Positions 62,720-64,000 of a stretch of 64,000 bases of DNA are shown here, piece by piece (position 1 is the first letter of the stretch; each line of letters begins with the position of its first letter). Source of the stretch: Lama guanicoe (Eukaryota); assembly GCA_013239625.1 (NCBI GenBank), contig MU053652.1, positions 8,878,077 to 8,942,076 of the forward strand, read 5' to 3'. The position numbers were made by a program, and so were the translations under genes. The notes below the pieces were generated by a model. It had not been told where the DNA came from. It did no database searches and saw only the letters and a program-made list of their open reading frames with translations.

Positions 62720-64000
62720 TAAAGGCAAAACTATAAAGATTACAAACAGATTAATGATTGCCGTAAGTTCAGGGTCAGGGAGGCTTCAATAGGTGAAGCC
62801 AAGGAGCAGCGAGACTGTACTGGTAGATGTAGAACATTATGCATTTGTCAAAACCTAACTTTATCACACAAAATTTGAACCAGAAAGTATGAAAAATTTT
62901 TTAAAAATCAATTAGGGTATTATGGGATCCCAGGATGGAAAGGAGACTATGATAAAACAATCTAACTATTTATTACAAATGTGTGGAATAATGTCACTGA
63001 AAAAGATGAGAGAAAAAGTGCTGATCTGAGTAACTTTTGAAATGAGTGGAGTCTGTAAAAGTAAGGAAAAAAGGAACTGTACGTAAGCACTGTACTCTGG
63101 TTGATAAAGTCTTTTCTCATGGGTTAACAATTCAGAAACCACTGTATATCGCTTCTCAGCCTTTTGGCTAAGATCAAGCATCGTGTCTTTTCTTATCAGA
63201 AACCACTATACATTTATAATGGAGTTGAACAATTAAGCAAAGGGTGGTGGTTGGTGGGAGCCAGGTTTCTCACGGAGTGAGACATTGTAGACAAACAAGA
63301 GGAGGAGACCAGAATGATCCATGTGGCAGTGAACTGGAGCTGGAGACATCAATGTGAACTTGTCTTTAGCTTAATATAGATTGAGCTGGTTGCATACAGA
63401 AATACTGTCAGATATTAGATATATGTGTATGCATGGGTTAGTATATACACATATATTTCCTTGGTTAGCTGGAAGAGCCTGGAAGCAATGACACTCCAGT
63501 AGCAATAAGCACACCTGGTACCCAGATCTTAGTCTCTGATCGCCAACAAAATGAATCAGGATTCCTTGGAAGAATGGCTGATACTGGGACTGGGGCAGGA
63601 AACACAAGATGAGCCTGGAGCATCTCAGATATATGTGTTAGAAGGTGAGGAAGTGTTTTAAAAGAAAAACCCACAATGGTAGGGGGTATGTTAAAGGGAC
63701 CAAGGAGGTAACCAAAGGAGCTCCCAGGGGCCTGAGCTACAGTAACTTGAGCAACCAAATAAATCAGGTAGTTAGGTATTTTCTAACCAAGGTGTAAAAT
63801 ACCTGACATAAGTAAGCCCATACTGGCGTAACTAAGTGACTGAATAAATAAACAGGGGGAAAGAGAATTCTCCCAAGCAGAATTCCAAACAATTAATGTA
63901 GATGCTTTACTTCCAAGGAGATGGTATAACTCCCCGTGCCTTAATGCTGTGCATAGTGACCGCCTTCCAAAGAGCACAGTGTGAAAAGGAGGGTCGGGAG
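62720..64000 (+). mobile_element. L1MC-type 3' UTR, interrupted by the U2 retrocopy
   Basis: aaaggcaaaactata, cattatgcatttgtcaaaacc, ctgatctgagtaacttt and aaaggaactgtacgtaagcactgtactct. Confidence 0.7.
63148..63199 (+). pseudogene. 3'-truncated U2 snRNA retropseudogene (about U2 nt 1-52)
   Basis: atcgcttctcagccttttggctaagatcaag...ttcttatcag matches the U2 5' end (ATCGCTTCTCGGCCTTTTGGCTAAGATCAAGTGTAGTATCTGTTCTTATCAG); flanked by the direct repeat tcagaaaccact(g/a)ta. Confidence 0.9.

Larger units (their letters stand above)
1..64000 (+). other. CADPS2: Internal part of the CADPS2 gene (introns plus 11 coding exons); both gene ends lie outside the window
   Basis: The spliced exon chain translates to [22 protein letters not shown]...[17 protein letters not shown]...SFTVKAAAKYVDVP. 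I recognise this as CAPS2 rather than CAPS1. All introns are GT-AG and the phases are consistent. Confidence 0.97.

Noticed and set aside
63148..63199. Functional U2 snRNA gene
   Set aside because: Only about 52 nt, branch-recognition sequence mutated, no Sm site, and inserted in an L1 with a target-site duplication.
1..64000. Most six-frame ORFs (for example 44563..45087, 8055..8501, 10202..10636, 54931..55335) as independent genes
   Set aside because: They are short, have no recognisable domains, often use non-ATG starts, and lie in introns, repeats or off-frame over real exons. Only 17048, 44955, 46634 and 60466 contain true CADPS2 frames.

Overview
Mammalian genomic DNA, probably a camelid (inferred from four copies of a tRNA-derived SINE resembling Vic-1). 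The whole window lies inside one + strand gene, CADPS2 (CAPS2, calcium-dependent secretion activator 2). I traced 11 coding exons by hand (17043-60498, 1043 nt). They join with consistent phases into the MHD1/MUN-domain region. They include a 9-nt microexon (GRE), a 15-nt microexon (FGSQW) and a 120-nt frame-preserving cassette exon, none of which appear in the ORF track. The rest is intron containing MIR, L2, L1, hAT-Charlie, MaLR/ERV LTR and SINE repeats, a tailless U2 snRNA retrocopy, three local tandem duplications and several motif-dense candidate enhancers. There is no prokaryotic-type system (no CRISPR array or operon), and nearly all listed ORFs look like noise. The best leads are a candidate unannotated terminal exon or microexon near 7171, the splicing-regulatory layout of the microexon cluster, and inverted repeat pairs bracketing the alternative exons. 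Repeat family names are from recognition rather than a database search, and repeat boundaries are approximate.
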